Shown: positions 23,301 to 34,912 of the stretch, piece by piece | Layout of the letters: each line of letters begins with the position of its first letter | How positions within the stretch are numbered: position 1 is the first letter of the stretch | NCBI GenBank assembly: GCA_015680685.1 | Contig: MNCI01000472.1 | Location: 298,531-362,530 of the forward strand | Reading direction: 5' to 3' | Length of the DNA: 64,000 nt | DNA from: Gnetum montanum | Lineage: Eukaryota; Plantae; Gnetophyta | Made by a program: the position numbers and the translations under genes | Notes under the pieces: generated by a model | The model's input: the letters and a program-made list of their open reading frames with translations, nothing else | Told to the model about the DNA's origin: nothing | Database searches by the model: none

Positions 23301-26300
23301 GGCACATTCAAGCCCACCAAGNNNNNNNNNNNNNNNNNNNNGATCCAGGCACGCCAACATCATCAAGAACACATGGCACCAGTTCACGAGCATAATGGGC
23401 AAGGACATGCCCTGGCCCATTCATTATAACACTGTATCACAACTGAAGCATTTCTCATGAGGTTTTCAGCAGAATTATACATCAAGGCACAAAGTCCATT
23501 TACAACATATAGCAAGGGCGCTTTAAAACAAGCACCAGGAAAACACCATACATCAAGCTTGGCCTTGTCATAGTGTGTGGCATAGTCCTACAACCAAGAT
23601 ACAACTAAGTCACATAGGTAATACATCCAGCACTTTTAAGTGCATACAATCGAACTGAGAATATCACAAGGATACATTTCACACACCCAAGGATAGGATT
23701 ACATTCATGTATGGGAACACACATGGTATTTGGAAATGCTACCCAAGCCTAGAAGGCTACAGGAAAACTACCTAAACCCTTCCTAGGCTGGAAGATTTAG
23801 GCCACCAAGAGCATACCAAGAAAGAACCATGTTGTTTTGAGAAAAAAATGTCTCTATCATGAAGCATAAACGATCATCTGTCATTACAGCACTGTCTCAA
23901 AGATACATGATCTACTGTCACACTGAACCAACTGCACGGGTAACCTCGAACGAAAACGATTCGAGACATGAATGCAACGATCAAATAACGAAACCCACCA
24001 ACTGAGTATCCACCATCCTGCCATAGTGGGACCTCATTTCATTGGCCACTCTTGGGCCATCAGTATCTAGCATGGCCAAGGATACCATTTCATGCCATCT
24101 ACTAGCCCAATATCTGTAGGGTCTAGGACAGATCACTATCCTCTGTTAGTGCTCCCCCAGCACTAAGAGGCAAACAAATCATGATGTACCTGCTGATCCA
24201 TCACAGCCAAGGTACTGATAAATCCACAACCCAATGTTGGGATTTTGAGATTAAATAATCAGTTCATGAAGGTCTCAGGAGCACATATCTTCCCCATAGA
24301 CATAGTGCTCATAGAATCAACTGAGGTCACCATTGGCTGCATCTTTATACCTATGCTACCTACAAACACTGAGACATAAGCTCAGAAACATAGAAGTTAG
24401 TAGGAACATGATAAGCACATCAGCCTCATTCACAACCATCAAGCATGATCATATAACAAAGAGATATCACTCTTGCACATCATAAAATTCAAGACCTCAA
24501 CAACATGTATAGAGATCAATCATGCAAAACATTGATGGAGGAATATGATCCCCACTCAAACAAACGATTTCATCATGAGACACACTAAGAGAGAGATAGC
24601 ACACTCTCAGAATTTCTAGATTCATACACAACAATCATTCCCAGCAACTAACATTGGCCTCAACCAGGACCAAAATTTCAACACACTCGTATGAGTCATG
24701 GGCAATAGACAATTGTCAACTCAACCCAAAATAAGGAGGAAGACCAAGGTCTATCCAACAACAAGTCTGCATCAAACCAATTCTCGCAACAACGAGCAAC
24801 ATCACAAAGGATGCGTTCACAAGAAGACTCTCTTCAAACGAGGTGCGGTCTCAACAAGAACCAACAATAAGATGACCCACACCAGTAGTCTTCAAATTAG
24901 AGTGACCAAGAATGTCACTAATCAAAATAGTGATGCCACAAGCAACACCACCAGCTCAACAAGGAGCACAACTCGCAAGGATCAACAATAAGGGTAATCA
25001 TGCCTCATGCACAATAAGTTGTCAAATAAGACAACAACCATTTGGCTTTGGAATGACACAAACAACCACTTCATCCTCAATGTTCCCAACAATAATTCAT
25101 CATACCGTGTAAAACATGTAAGCCTTGTGCTACGAATCATAGATGCAACCACAATAACACGCATGCAGAATTTGAAAGCGCAACCAAGAAGACATGCATA
25201 CACAAATAGGCAAACAACACTCGCAAACACAAACGTACAAAGTCTACCAACAACAGGCTTAGTCCACCTAGAACAAGGCTCACCAAGAGCACATGTCTGA
25301 AAGACCTCCATCCTGAGGTACCTGGGAACCATCTTGTTCCCTTTTGTATTTTCCCATACTCACTATATCTAGGGTGAGTGGGAGTGCCAAGGATATCATA
25401 TCCTACATGATTCAACAAATGCCATCTCGAAACATGACATCTGGGTGGAAATCGAAGCAAAGACTTGGTCTGATTCATCCCAAATGAATCACTAGAGACT
25501 TGAGATGGGAGCTCCTTGAGCAACAAAATTCCTGAGTTGCCAGTAGAACTCCTCTCAACCATATCGCATACAATCACAACTAGTCCAACCACAAGTAAAC
25601 AAGGGGAGGACATCACCAAGATGCCATTATTTCTCTAAACCAGGATGGGCTAAGGCCTCAAAAACTACCTTGACATGATCCCATAACATTTGGTTTGCTA
25701 AAGAGAGCTTTAGCACAAGACCACCCTCCAAGAGAGTGGTTAGAAAAAGTTGAGAATGGGGTTAGCTAGTTTCTATCGGAAACCTCACAAACCACAAACC
25801 CTGATACCCACTTAGCGAGAAACTTTTACCAATAACTGAAACTGTATGCTCTGATACCATCTATAACAACGTTGCCCCGACGTTGCCCGGCACCCCAAGG
25901 AATTCACGAAGATCCAATGGATCTGGGGCAGAAGACCTGGGGAATACGCCTCAAGAAAGCAAGCATCTCATGAGTGCAAGTAGAAGAGAACTAAGCAAAC
26001 AAGCACACATAGAACCTTGTAGACCACATCGGTGGGAGGGGAGACAATGCATCTACAAGGGAAGGTACCTCACCCCTAGATGCCTCATGATCTGGTACAA
26101 GGTGTGGCATGGCACCGCACCAAAACTATCTAGTCTTGGCTGCCTACATATCTACAACTATCGTAGAATCAGGGCCATGTAGTTCTCCATGGTGAAGAGG
26201 GGAATGAAGAGGACTTAGAAGAGAGTTGCAACAGGAGGGTTTCCTATTGCTAGCTTGGTACCACCAAGCCAGGGTGGGTTTTGTAACACTTGAGAGCCAC

Positions 26301-26382
26301 CCAAGGACACCTCAGAGTGTTCCATGGTCCCCGAACCATGGGGAGAGCCCAAGAGAACCACCATTCTAGGACATCTCTCACA
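20347..26382 (-). mobile_element. Element G: LTR element with 521-bp LTRs and no recognisable gag-pol (LARD-like)
   Basis: LTRs 20347-20867 and 25862-26382, TSD TTTTT on both sides, PBS rc TGGTATCAGAGC at 25848-25859, PPT rc GGGGGAGGAT at 20868-20877; internal N gap. Confidence 0.9.
23322..23341. other. Assembly gap (20 N); another single N at 61914
   Basis: N characters in the sequence. Confidence 1.
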
Positions 26383-26469
26383 TTTTTACTAACTACACTT
26401 GCTAGAGGTGTGTTGGAGTTAAGCTGAATGTTAGGGCAGCATTATGAAGGCCTTTGGATGTTGTTTTGG

Positions 26470-26870
26470 CTAACTATGCTTAACTATGCTCTAGATTGGG
26501 GGAGAGCATAGTCCAACACTTAGAAAATATTTTGCAAAAAATGGCTATGTGATGACTACACTATCCATGGGAGGCTAACTATGCTCCTAACGAGGGTCAA
26601 GCATAGTCCAAACACTTATCAAAACTTGCAGAAACTAGCTTCCAGTTGTCCACAATTGATTATACTCTAGGTTAGTGGAAAACATAGTCTCAACACTTAG
26701 AAAAAGAATCTACAAAAATAGGCCCTTCATGCTAACTATGCTTGACTATGCTCTAGGGTAGTGGAGAGCATAGTATCAGAAGTTAGAAAAAATATACAAA
26801 AGCTAAGCCTTCATGCTAACTATTCTTGACTATTCTCTAGGGTAGTAGAAAGTGTAGTCTCAGCACTTAG
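26470..26870. repeat. Tandem ~85-bp units with internal inverted repeat in the F LTR
   Basis: ACTATGCTCT-N10-AGAGCATAGT variants at about 26483, 26578, 26660, 26745 and 26829. Confidence 0.75.
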
Positions 26871-27959
26871 ATAGATTTACAGAAAGTGGCCTCATGATAA
26901 CACTTAAGCAAATTTGTAGTCAAGACACAATAGCGCAAATTTGGTGGTGTTTCATTGGCCCCTCTTTATTGATGTCTAGAGGAGTGTCTTGAGAGACATT
27001 GACAAAGAATAGCAAAACACCATAGTAGGCCTAACACCAACATTGCTCTTCCATGTGTGGTCAAATGTCATTGCACTGTGCTCAAGAGTGCTATGGATAG
27101 TGGTATGCTAGGGGTAATAGGTGTAGGTAATGTGTTTGGAATAAAAGGGAAGATGAAGTGCAAACAGGGTGTCATGATGTAGGATGTAGAGTTAGCACTA
27201 TTGATGGTGACCATGGCACCAGGGTGACTTGCCTTTGAAAATGTTAACCTCTCGTTGGAGTTCTCATGAGAAAGTTAATGTGGATTCAAGGCCTAACTGG
27301 TTGCAAAATTATAGCTCTACTGATTTGCTTGGGGACATGTTTTTCCCCCTTCACTCTTTGTTTTTTCTTTTTTTTCTTTTTTGCATTTTTGCTTATTTTT
27401 GTTTTGCTGAGGGATGAACCATCTTTGGGTTCTACACATTTCTAAATGCTAACTACATGATGCTTTCCATTAAGTGGATTACATGCCATTAGATGGACTT
27501 TTCTTTTATGCTTGTGAAATAGTGTCACATTTTTAGGACAAGTCTTTTCTCCCCAAGATGACTTATGTTATATTTTCCTAGGCTTTGACCAGCCAACAGA
27601 GACTTTCCATGAGACAACTTATGTTATGTCCACCTTAGGTTTTATGGTCTAACTTGCAAAGGGTGCCATGTGGTCACAACACATATGTGTTGGAAATTTT
27701 GCAATCTTGACTATGTAGGGGAATGCAAGGGTATGGAGACATAGGAATGGGTGTAGGTAGGCTATAGTGGGGTAATAGGGATGTGCACTTTTGAGAGGCT
27801 TAGCTACTCTGATCATGAACATTTGAGCAATTCGATGACTTGCTGCTGTGATGAGATGTGTCTTTGCACAACTGCCTTAGGGCTTTGTCCTACAAAAAAA
27901 ACTCTAAGAAGACAAGAAAAAATACACAACACATAATGAAAATAAAATGTAAGGGATGA

Positions 27960-28720
27960 TGATGCCATAAGTGCTCCAAAGGATACGCCAATTGTAGGTG
28001 CTCAAAAAGCTAAAAAAATGCCTAAGGGTAGTGATGCTACGAGTGCTCCAAAGGTCGAATTGATAATAAGTGCTTTGAAAACCAAAAAAATGGTGGGGGG
28101 TCATAATGTTGCAAGTGCTCCAAAGGATAAGCCAATGGTAAGTGCTTCAAAAACCAACAAAATGGCAGGGGGCCATGATGCTGCAAGTGCTCCATTCTAG
28201 GATTGCAATATCTCTAACCATGTGGTGTAGAAAAGAGTGGGGGGTGGGAGGCAGGAGTTAGAATTATTCTTTCTCACTTGCTTGTAGAACTATGTGTAAC
28301 TAATGGCAAGCCTAGTTTAAGACCTTAGTAGACCATGGCATGCTATTTATAGTCCTAACAAAATATTATGTGCTAGTTTAACATTGTAGTAGACATATGC
28401 TATGCTAGTTTATAGTCATAGTAGACTACTATGCCAGCTTAGCATCGTACTGGACGAGCTATGCCAGTTTATAGTCATAGCGAACTGCTATACTAGTTTA
28501 GTGTCATAGCAGAAAAGTTTTTGTGTTAGTTTAATGGCGTGACCTAAGGACAGGTTGTGCCAATTTAGCATCATGGTAGACAAATAGTGTGTGTGTGCTA
28601 GTTTAATGTCATAGTGGATGAATGTTATGCCAATTTAACATCATAGTAGATGTGTGGTGTAAGTGCTAGTTTAACATCGTAGCAGATGTACTATGCTAGT
28701 TTAATGTCATAGCAAACGTA
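27960..28720. repeat. Two degenerate minisatellite arrays in the F 3' non-coding region
   Basis: AGTGCTCCAAAGG-type units at 27960-28195; TGCTAGTTTAATGTCATAGTAGAC-type units at 28305-28720. Confidence 0.8.
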
Positions 28721-28779
28721 TGCTTACCTTGTTGGATTGATGTGCAGTGTTGCATGTTAGGCATAGTACAACTTTAGGT

Positions 28780-31167
28780 ACAAATGGTTTACTGTATTGG
28801 CAAACTCATTACCATCTTGATTAGCAAGCTTTAATGCTTCATTACGATAGGCCTTGGTGACCAAGAAAGGTCCTTCCTAGTTGGTTGAGAATTTGTCTAC
28901 AGGTTTGCGAACAACCTTGAGAACTAGGTCCCCTTTCTTGATTAGGCATTGATGCTACTTGTGATGGTGTTTTTGTTGTTTCTTTTTTTGGTACCATTCA
29001 ATGTGATCAAGTGTCTACATGCACTCCTCCTCTATTGAGTTGAGGTCTACGATTCTCAACTCGTTGTTTTGAGCTTCATCGATGAAGTTCAAGAGGATCA
29101 CCTAGAGCAATGAAACCTACAATTCAAGCAGAAAAATTTCTTTAGATCCATAAACAAGGCTGTAAGGAATCTTACCTATCATTTTTTGGCATGTTGTGTG
29201 GTAGGCCTAGAGTGTGTAGACTAGTTACTTATGCCATCATCATTTGCTATTTCTTAGCATCTTCTTCAAAAGGTTGACGATGACTTTGTTAGTGGCCTCC
29301 ACTTGGCCACTTGCCTAAAGGTAGTATGACAACGAGAAGGAACATTTGATACCAAAGCGCTCACAAAAGGCTTTAGTTTTGGCACTACTAAATTGTGGCA
29401 CATTGTCTATTACTATGGTCAAGGATAAGCCAAAACAAGTCACTATGTTATCAAGCACGAATTTGAAAACTTGTTAAGATGTTGTCTTCCTAAGGGGAAT
29501 AGCCTCAACCCACTTGGTGAAATATTTGGTTGCAATTATTATGAAGCTATGCCTTGTAGAGGACTTAGGCATGATGGGTCTAATGATGTCCAAACCCCAA
29601 CTTTGAAATGGCCATGTGATCTATGTTGTGTGCAGTTCAGTTAGTGGAACATGCATTGGGTTGTCATGTCATTGACAAATGTTACACATTTTGATCTTTA
29701 AGACACAATCCTGCTTCATGTAAGGCTAATAATAGCCTAACTGTCTAATTTACATTATCATTACCCTAGGTGCTATGTGACCTCCGCATAGTCCCTTATG
29801 AACTTGTTCAATGATTATTTGTGCTTCATTGTAGCTCATGTAGGTTAGAAGTATGCCATTGTAGGATCTATGACATAACGTGTTATCATTCATGATGACA
29901 TATTGCTATGAATGTTTATGCACTGCATCTTTTTATGTAGTAGTTAAATGTTGTAGAGGCTCACCTTGTAGAAGGTATGCCTTAATGTTATCATACCACT
30001 CTCTTGTGTGGGTTGTGCTTACTATGGCTATGGATTCAACGTCAACGTTTTACATGATAGGCATAGTAAAATCACTAGCAAGGTGGGAAATGCATGGAAC
30101 GTGTTACGTGTGATGCTTACGGATAATGTTTCTAGTGCATTAGCTATGGCATTTTCATTATGGGGAATGTGTTGGACATTAGCTGTTGCAAAGTTCTTGA
30201 GAAGTTCTTTGCTAGGTCATAGTAAGGCTATAAATGTTGGGCCTTGTAGGCCTAATCCTTTTTCACGTAGTTGACTACTAATTGTGAGTTGCCTCAGATC
30301 GCTAGGTGTTCGACCCCTAGGTCTCATGTTGTAAGGATGCCTTGAAAGAGACCTTCGTACTTCACCACATTGTTAGTGTAAGGAAATGCAAAATGATATG
30401 TGAAGGGTAAGATCTCCCTAGAGGGAAATGTGATAATGGTAGTGGTGCTACCCCCTTAGGAGGTTAAAGCTTCATCAAAATGTAGAAATGCCTCATAGTT
30501 GTCAAGCACTTGGCTAATGTTGTTAACATGCTCATTTTGGAACTCAGAGTCAATGGTTGCTTGATCGTTTACAAATGAAGCTGTGAGTTGTGTAGCTATA
30601 GCTTGACCTTTAATTGAGGCTTTCATAATGTAGTGTAGGTCAAAATCCACTATTATTGCTTTCCATCATGCAATGTAACTACTTTCGTAGATATTCATTA
30701 TGATTACTTAGAGTATGTTTTTTTTTCTTTTTTGGAAATGATATTCACTTAACTACAAAAACGGTAATGCCTCCACTTCTTCAACGAGAATACTAAGGCA
30801 AGGAAATGCTTTTCCACATCATTGTATTTTGCTTCATGGGCTACTAATACTTGGCTAAAGTAGTAAACTAGGACCTCTATGGCATCATCTTACTTTTGGC
30901 GAAGTAGAGAAGTGATGGACATGTCAGAAGTCGCAAGGTAGATGTAAAAATGTTTATTTCCTTGCAAAGGGTAAACCATAGGAAGTTGCATTAGCTCTTG
31001 CTTAAGGTTTTCAAATGCTTGTGGCATTGAGCTGTCCACTCTAAGTCGGCTCCTTTCTTGACCAAATGTTGCATTGCCTATCACTTGTTAATTAATTGTG
31101 CAATAAACCTATGTATGAACTGCAGTATACCTTGTAACCCTCATAGCTCCTTCAGGTTGGCCGATGG
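28780..31167 (-). pseudogene. F pol remnant: RT connection, RNase H, archaeal-type RNase H, integrase
   Basis: FYIYLATSDMSITSLL (RH), IKGQAIA and LHFDEA..TNNVVKYEGL (aRH), WPFQSWGLDII and YFTKWVEAIPL (INT). Confidence 0.85.
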
Positions 31168-31324
31168 TGTTGCAAATGCCCCTTGGTCTTTGAAAAGTAC
31201 ACATCACGACCCTCAGGGCATGTAATTCCCCTTGCCCCTACCCTATGCCAAAATGCAAAAACACAATAAATGCACCCTAGTGCCAATCGCACCCCCTACC
31301 CCGCAGCCACTACAACTATAGGGC

Positions 31325-34300
31325 ATAAAGTACAATGAATTCCCTATTAAACCTTTAAAGGCTAAATCCATTGGTCTTTGAAAAGTAGCTCTGGCATTTG
31401 ACAATCCAAATGGAATTCCTTGGTAAGCAAAAGTTTCCCACTTGGTGATAACTATTGTTTTATATTTATGATTCTTATCTGCCACAATTTGATTATAGCC
31501 TAAAAAAACATCTAAGAAAGAATATACTTGATAAATTGATACTTTAATCAACATTTCATCAATTCTAGAAAGTTGGTATTTATCTTTTTCCAAGGCTTCA
31601 TTCAAATTTCTGAAACCCACACAAAGCCTAATATCACCATTCTTCTTTCTTATTGGTACAAGGTTAGCAAGCCATGTCGAATATTGGATTGGATATATAA
31701 TTCAAGCTTGCATTAACTTCTTAATCTTGGCTTCCATAGCTAGTTCAAATAATGGATTAAATGTTCTTTGTTTTTGCTTAACTATCTTACAACCATCTAC
31801 CAAAGGAATTTTATGTGTCATCACATTTGGTCAAAAATTTTTAAGATCACCATAAGACCAAACAAAATTTTCCAAACTATTTTTTAGGAGTAATAGTAAA
31901 TTTTTCTTGAAGACTGAATCTTTTTCCTATGTGATGTTTAACATCTTTGGCATCTCAGTAGATCTAAAATTTACTGCTTCATAAGCTTGGTCATCTAGAT
32001 TCTATATATCCTTTCAAGTAAGTTGATTTTTACTAAATTCATGTTCATGATCAATCACTTTTTTGGGAATGGAATTTGTCTTAAACCTTGACATTATTTC
32101 AAGTATGATTTGACCTTCAAATTCTTATTTATTTCTTAAGAATCTAAGCAATTAACCATCATCTTTAAATACTTGTAAATACTTTATGTTATTTGGTATT
32201 GATAACTGATGTTCATTCTCAATCTTTACACCTTCATAACTTTCTATCCTTTTTACATCTAATGATGATGCTACTTTTGCTAAGTCATATGCTATGTGAT
32301 TATCTTCTTTACCTATATGTTCTGGTAGTCATGAAATTGATCCAACATTTTGCCAAAAAAAACTATTTATAGGGTTGCAAGAATGAACTCTTTACTACAA
32401 AATTACCTTTAATTTTTTTGCAAACTAATCTTGAATCTCCCTTTATGGTGATTACCTTTATTCCTTTTCCCAATGTTGTTTTGATTCCAATACACAAAGC
32501 TTCATGTTCAACTTTATTATTAGTACAAGGGAAAGATAGATGAATTACTTTGAATACTTTTGGGGAATCCTCTTTTAGTAAAACTAATCCAACTCCTACA
32601 CCTTTGTAGTTACATGAACCATCAAAGTACAGTTCCCACTTGCTCTCACCTTGAGATTCTTCTTTCTCCAAGTTATAAATTTCTTGAAGTGTAAATTTTG
32701 GTTTTGAAAGCTCTTGTTTCAATAGTCTTGTTCTTTCCATTTGAAATAAAGTTTTCAACCATTAACAGTTTACTATATATGTAAATTTGATTTGGTTCCC
32801 CTTTCCAAGGTAGCCACATGTGTGAATAATCTATCGATATATAACCTGAGAAACTATTACTCCAACTTCTACTCAACAAAAGACTATGTGAATCTAGTAT
32901 ATCTTCCACTTGAATAGTTACTCTAATCTTGACACAAGGTTCGAAAGTAATTTCTAATAGAACATTAGGTAGTTGACCTAGAATCTTCATTGTACTCTTG
33001 TTTACTTGAATAATCTTCTTATTTGATTTTTCAAGAATCAAACTAGGTTTTCTGCATATAGATAATGGCATAATAGTAGAGGTAGCTCTATAATCAACCA
33101 AACAATTGTGAAGATATTTGTCCTTTAATTTCATTATCAAAAGAAAAGGAGGATCTTCTTTATCAAGAGTACAAGCATAGCTAGTTTCTTTTATCTTGTC
33201 AATGTTAGATCCATAGCTTAACTTTGATTCTCCAACTCCCTTATTATCTTTAATAAACTCTATAGCCTTTCTTTGTAGATCACCTATCTATAACAATTGA
33301 TGTATGATAATATTTACTCTAATGTGTTTAATATCTTCAATTAAATCATATTCTCCATCTCCACAAAAGCTTGGTTTCTTCATCCATTTATTTAAAGATT
33401 GATTTTGAGTAGTTTACTCTACTTGATTTTCTTTATTTTTATTTTTTCTCTTCTATTTGATTCAAAAACCTTACTCTTAGTAGATGGATCAAAATAATGT
33501 TTGTAGGACTAGAAGTAGTGAATCTTTCTTTTGATCTCATATTATACCCATTTTCTTCATTGGTATAACACTTTTCATCTAACAATATTTCTTTGAAACT
33601 TGATAGAGAAGAAGTATCACTAGATCCATTGTTAGAATATTTGCATGAATAATGAACACTAGATAGCTCATTATCTAATTCGATATCAAGAAAGTTGGAC
33701 ATGATAAGATGGCTTTCATCCTCATCTTCCACTAAATTAGTATCTTAATGTTTATGTTTTCTATTTTTCTTTTCCTCGATTTTAACTTTTGCCAAAGCTT
33801 TTTCTAGTTTCACTATTTTGTTGGATAAGTCTCTCATCAACTGTCCTTTTACAAATTCTTTGCTTTTAGATTCTTACTCTATCTTAATGTGAGATGGACC
33901 TGGTAATGCTTTAAGTTGAGAAAAATCTTGCATAGGAATCATCATTTTCTCTTCTCTTTTTTGAGTTGTGATAATCTCTTCATTGCTCAAATTCAGTTGT
34001 TTTCCTACTTGTATAGCTTCACTAAAGTAGTCATTCAGTGTTAACAAGTTTGGACTTCTTCTCAACCAGATTGAAATATTGGGATTCATAGCTTTAATAT
34101 AAGTATCTCTAAGCACTTCATATGATGATCTATATTTTCTTTGAAAGAGTCCACAAATTCATTGAAACTTAATATTGAAATCTCTAATTGACTCTTTAAC
34201 TTCTTACATAACTTGTACTAGCCCATAGTATAGTTGTTGCTGATCTAATTGATTGTAAAATTGGACCAAGAAAATAATTTTCATATCATCCCAACTTGTG

Positions 34301-34790
34301 ATATTGTTTCTTGGAAAGTTTGAATACCAAATTTAAGCCATATCCTTTAAATTTTCTTCAAACAACCTACAAGCTTAATCTTGATGTTGAACATTTGCAT
34401 AAGCTAAAGCTAACTCAAATATGTGAATGTATTCTTTAGCCAAGTAAGCTTTTTCACGAATAAAAGGCTCAGGAAAATATTTGTAAACTACCTTGGGAAT
34501 ATTGTTGTAGTTTTGAAATCCTAATGGTGTAACTCTTTGCCAAGGATTTGCCATCTTATTAGAATTTCTTTTGATCATTGAACTCTTATACTTCTTTGAT
34601 CTTCTCTTATAGACTAATAAAAAAAATAGAAGGAGTGATCTTCTTATTCTATTGGTCTTTACTCCACTACTTGTGCCAAATTCAAAAACCTTTTTCTTTT
34701 GCTCTTTTTCTAATGAAAAATTAGTCTTAAAATCAAGAATTTCTTTGGAACCTTTGAAATCTTCCAGACTATCGCTCTATTTGGTCATGA
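31325..34790 (-). pseudogene. E gag-protease-aRH-RT(N-terminal) remnant
   Basis: Gag fragments 33874-34578, protease HNCLVDYRATSTIMP, aRH WELYFDGSC..CTNNKVEHEAL..IKGDSRLV, RT YSFLDVFLGYNQI..PFGLSNARATFQR. Confidence 0.88.
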
Positions 34791-34912
34791 ACTAAGAATA
34801 GTATCTAGTTTCTAAGCCCTACTAGCAATAAAGAATTGTTGGTGTGCTAGGACTATTAGGCTTATGAACATAGAGGACAAATCTTTAGTCCCCCTTCTAG
34901 CATCAAAAGAGT

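Larger units (their letters stand above)
19410..31167 (-). mobile_element. Element F: 3' half of a second Tat-lineage element (RH-aRH-INT, repeat-rich 3' region, 3' LTR about 19410-26928 interrupted by G)
   Basis: LTR-like ends TATAGCAACC (19410) and ...GTCAAGACA (about 26928); pol remnants at 28780-31167; base composition differs from E. Confidence 0.65.

Noticed and set aside
31168-31334. Solo LTR with TG...CA ends
   Set aside because: The terminal CA lies within E's RT (FIVLY codons) and the flanks do not form a TSD.
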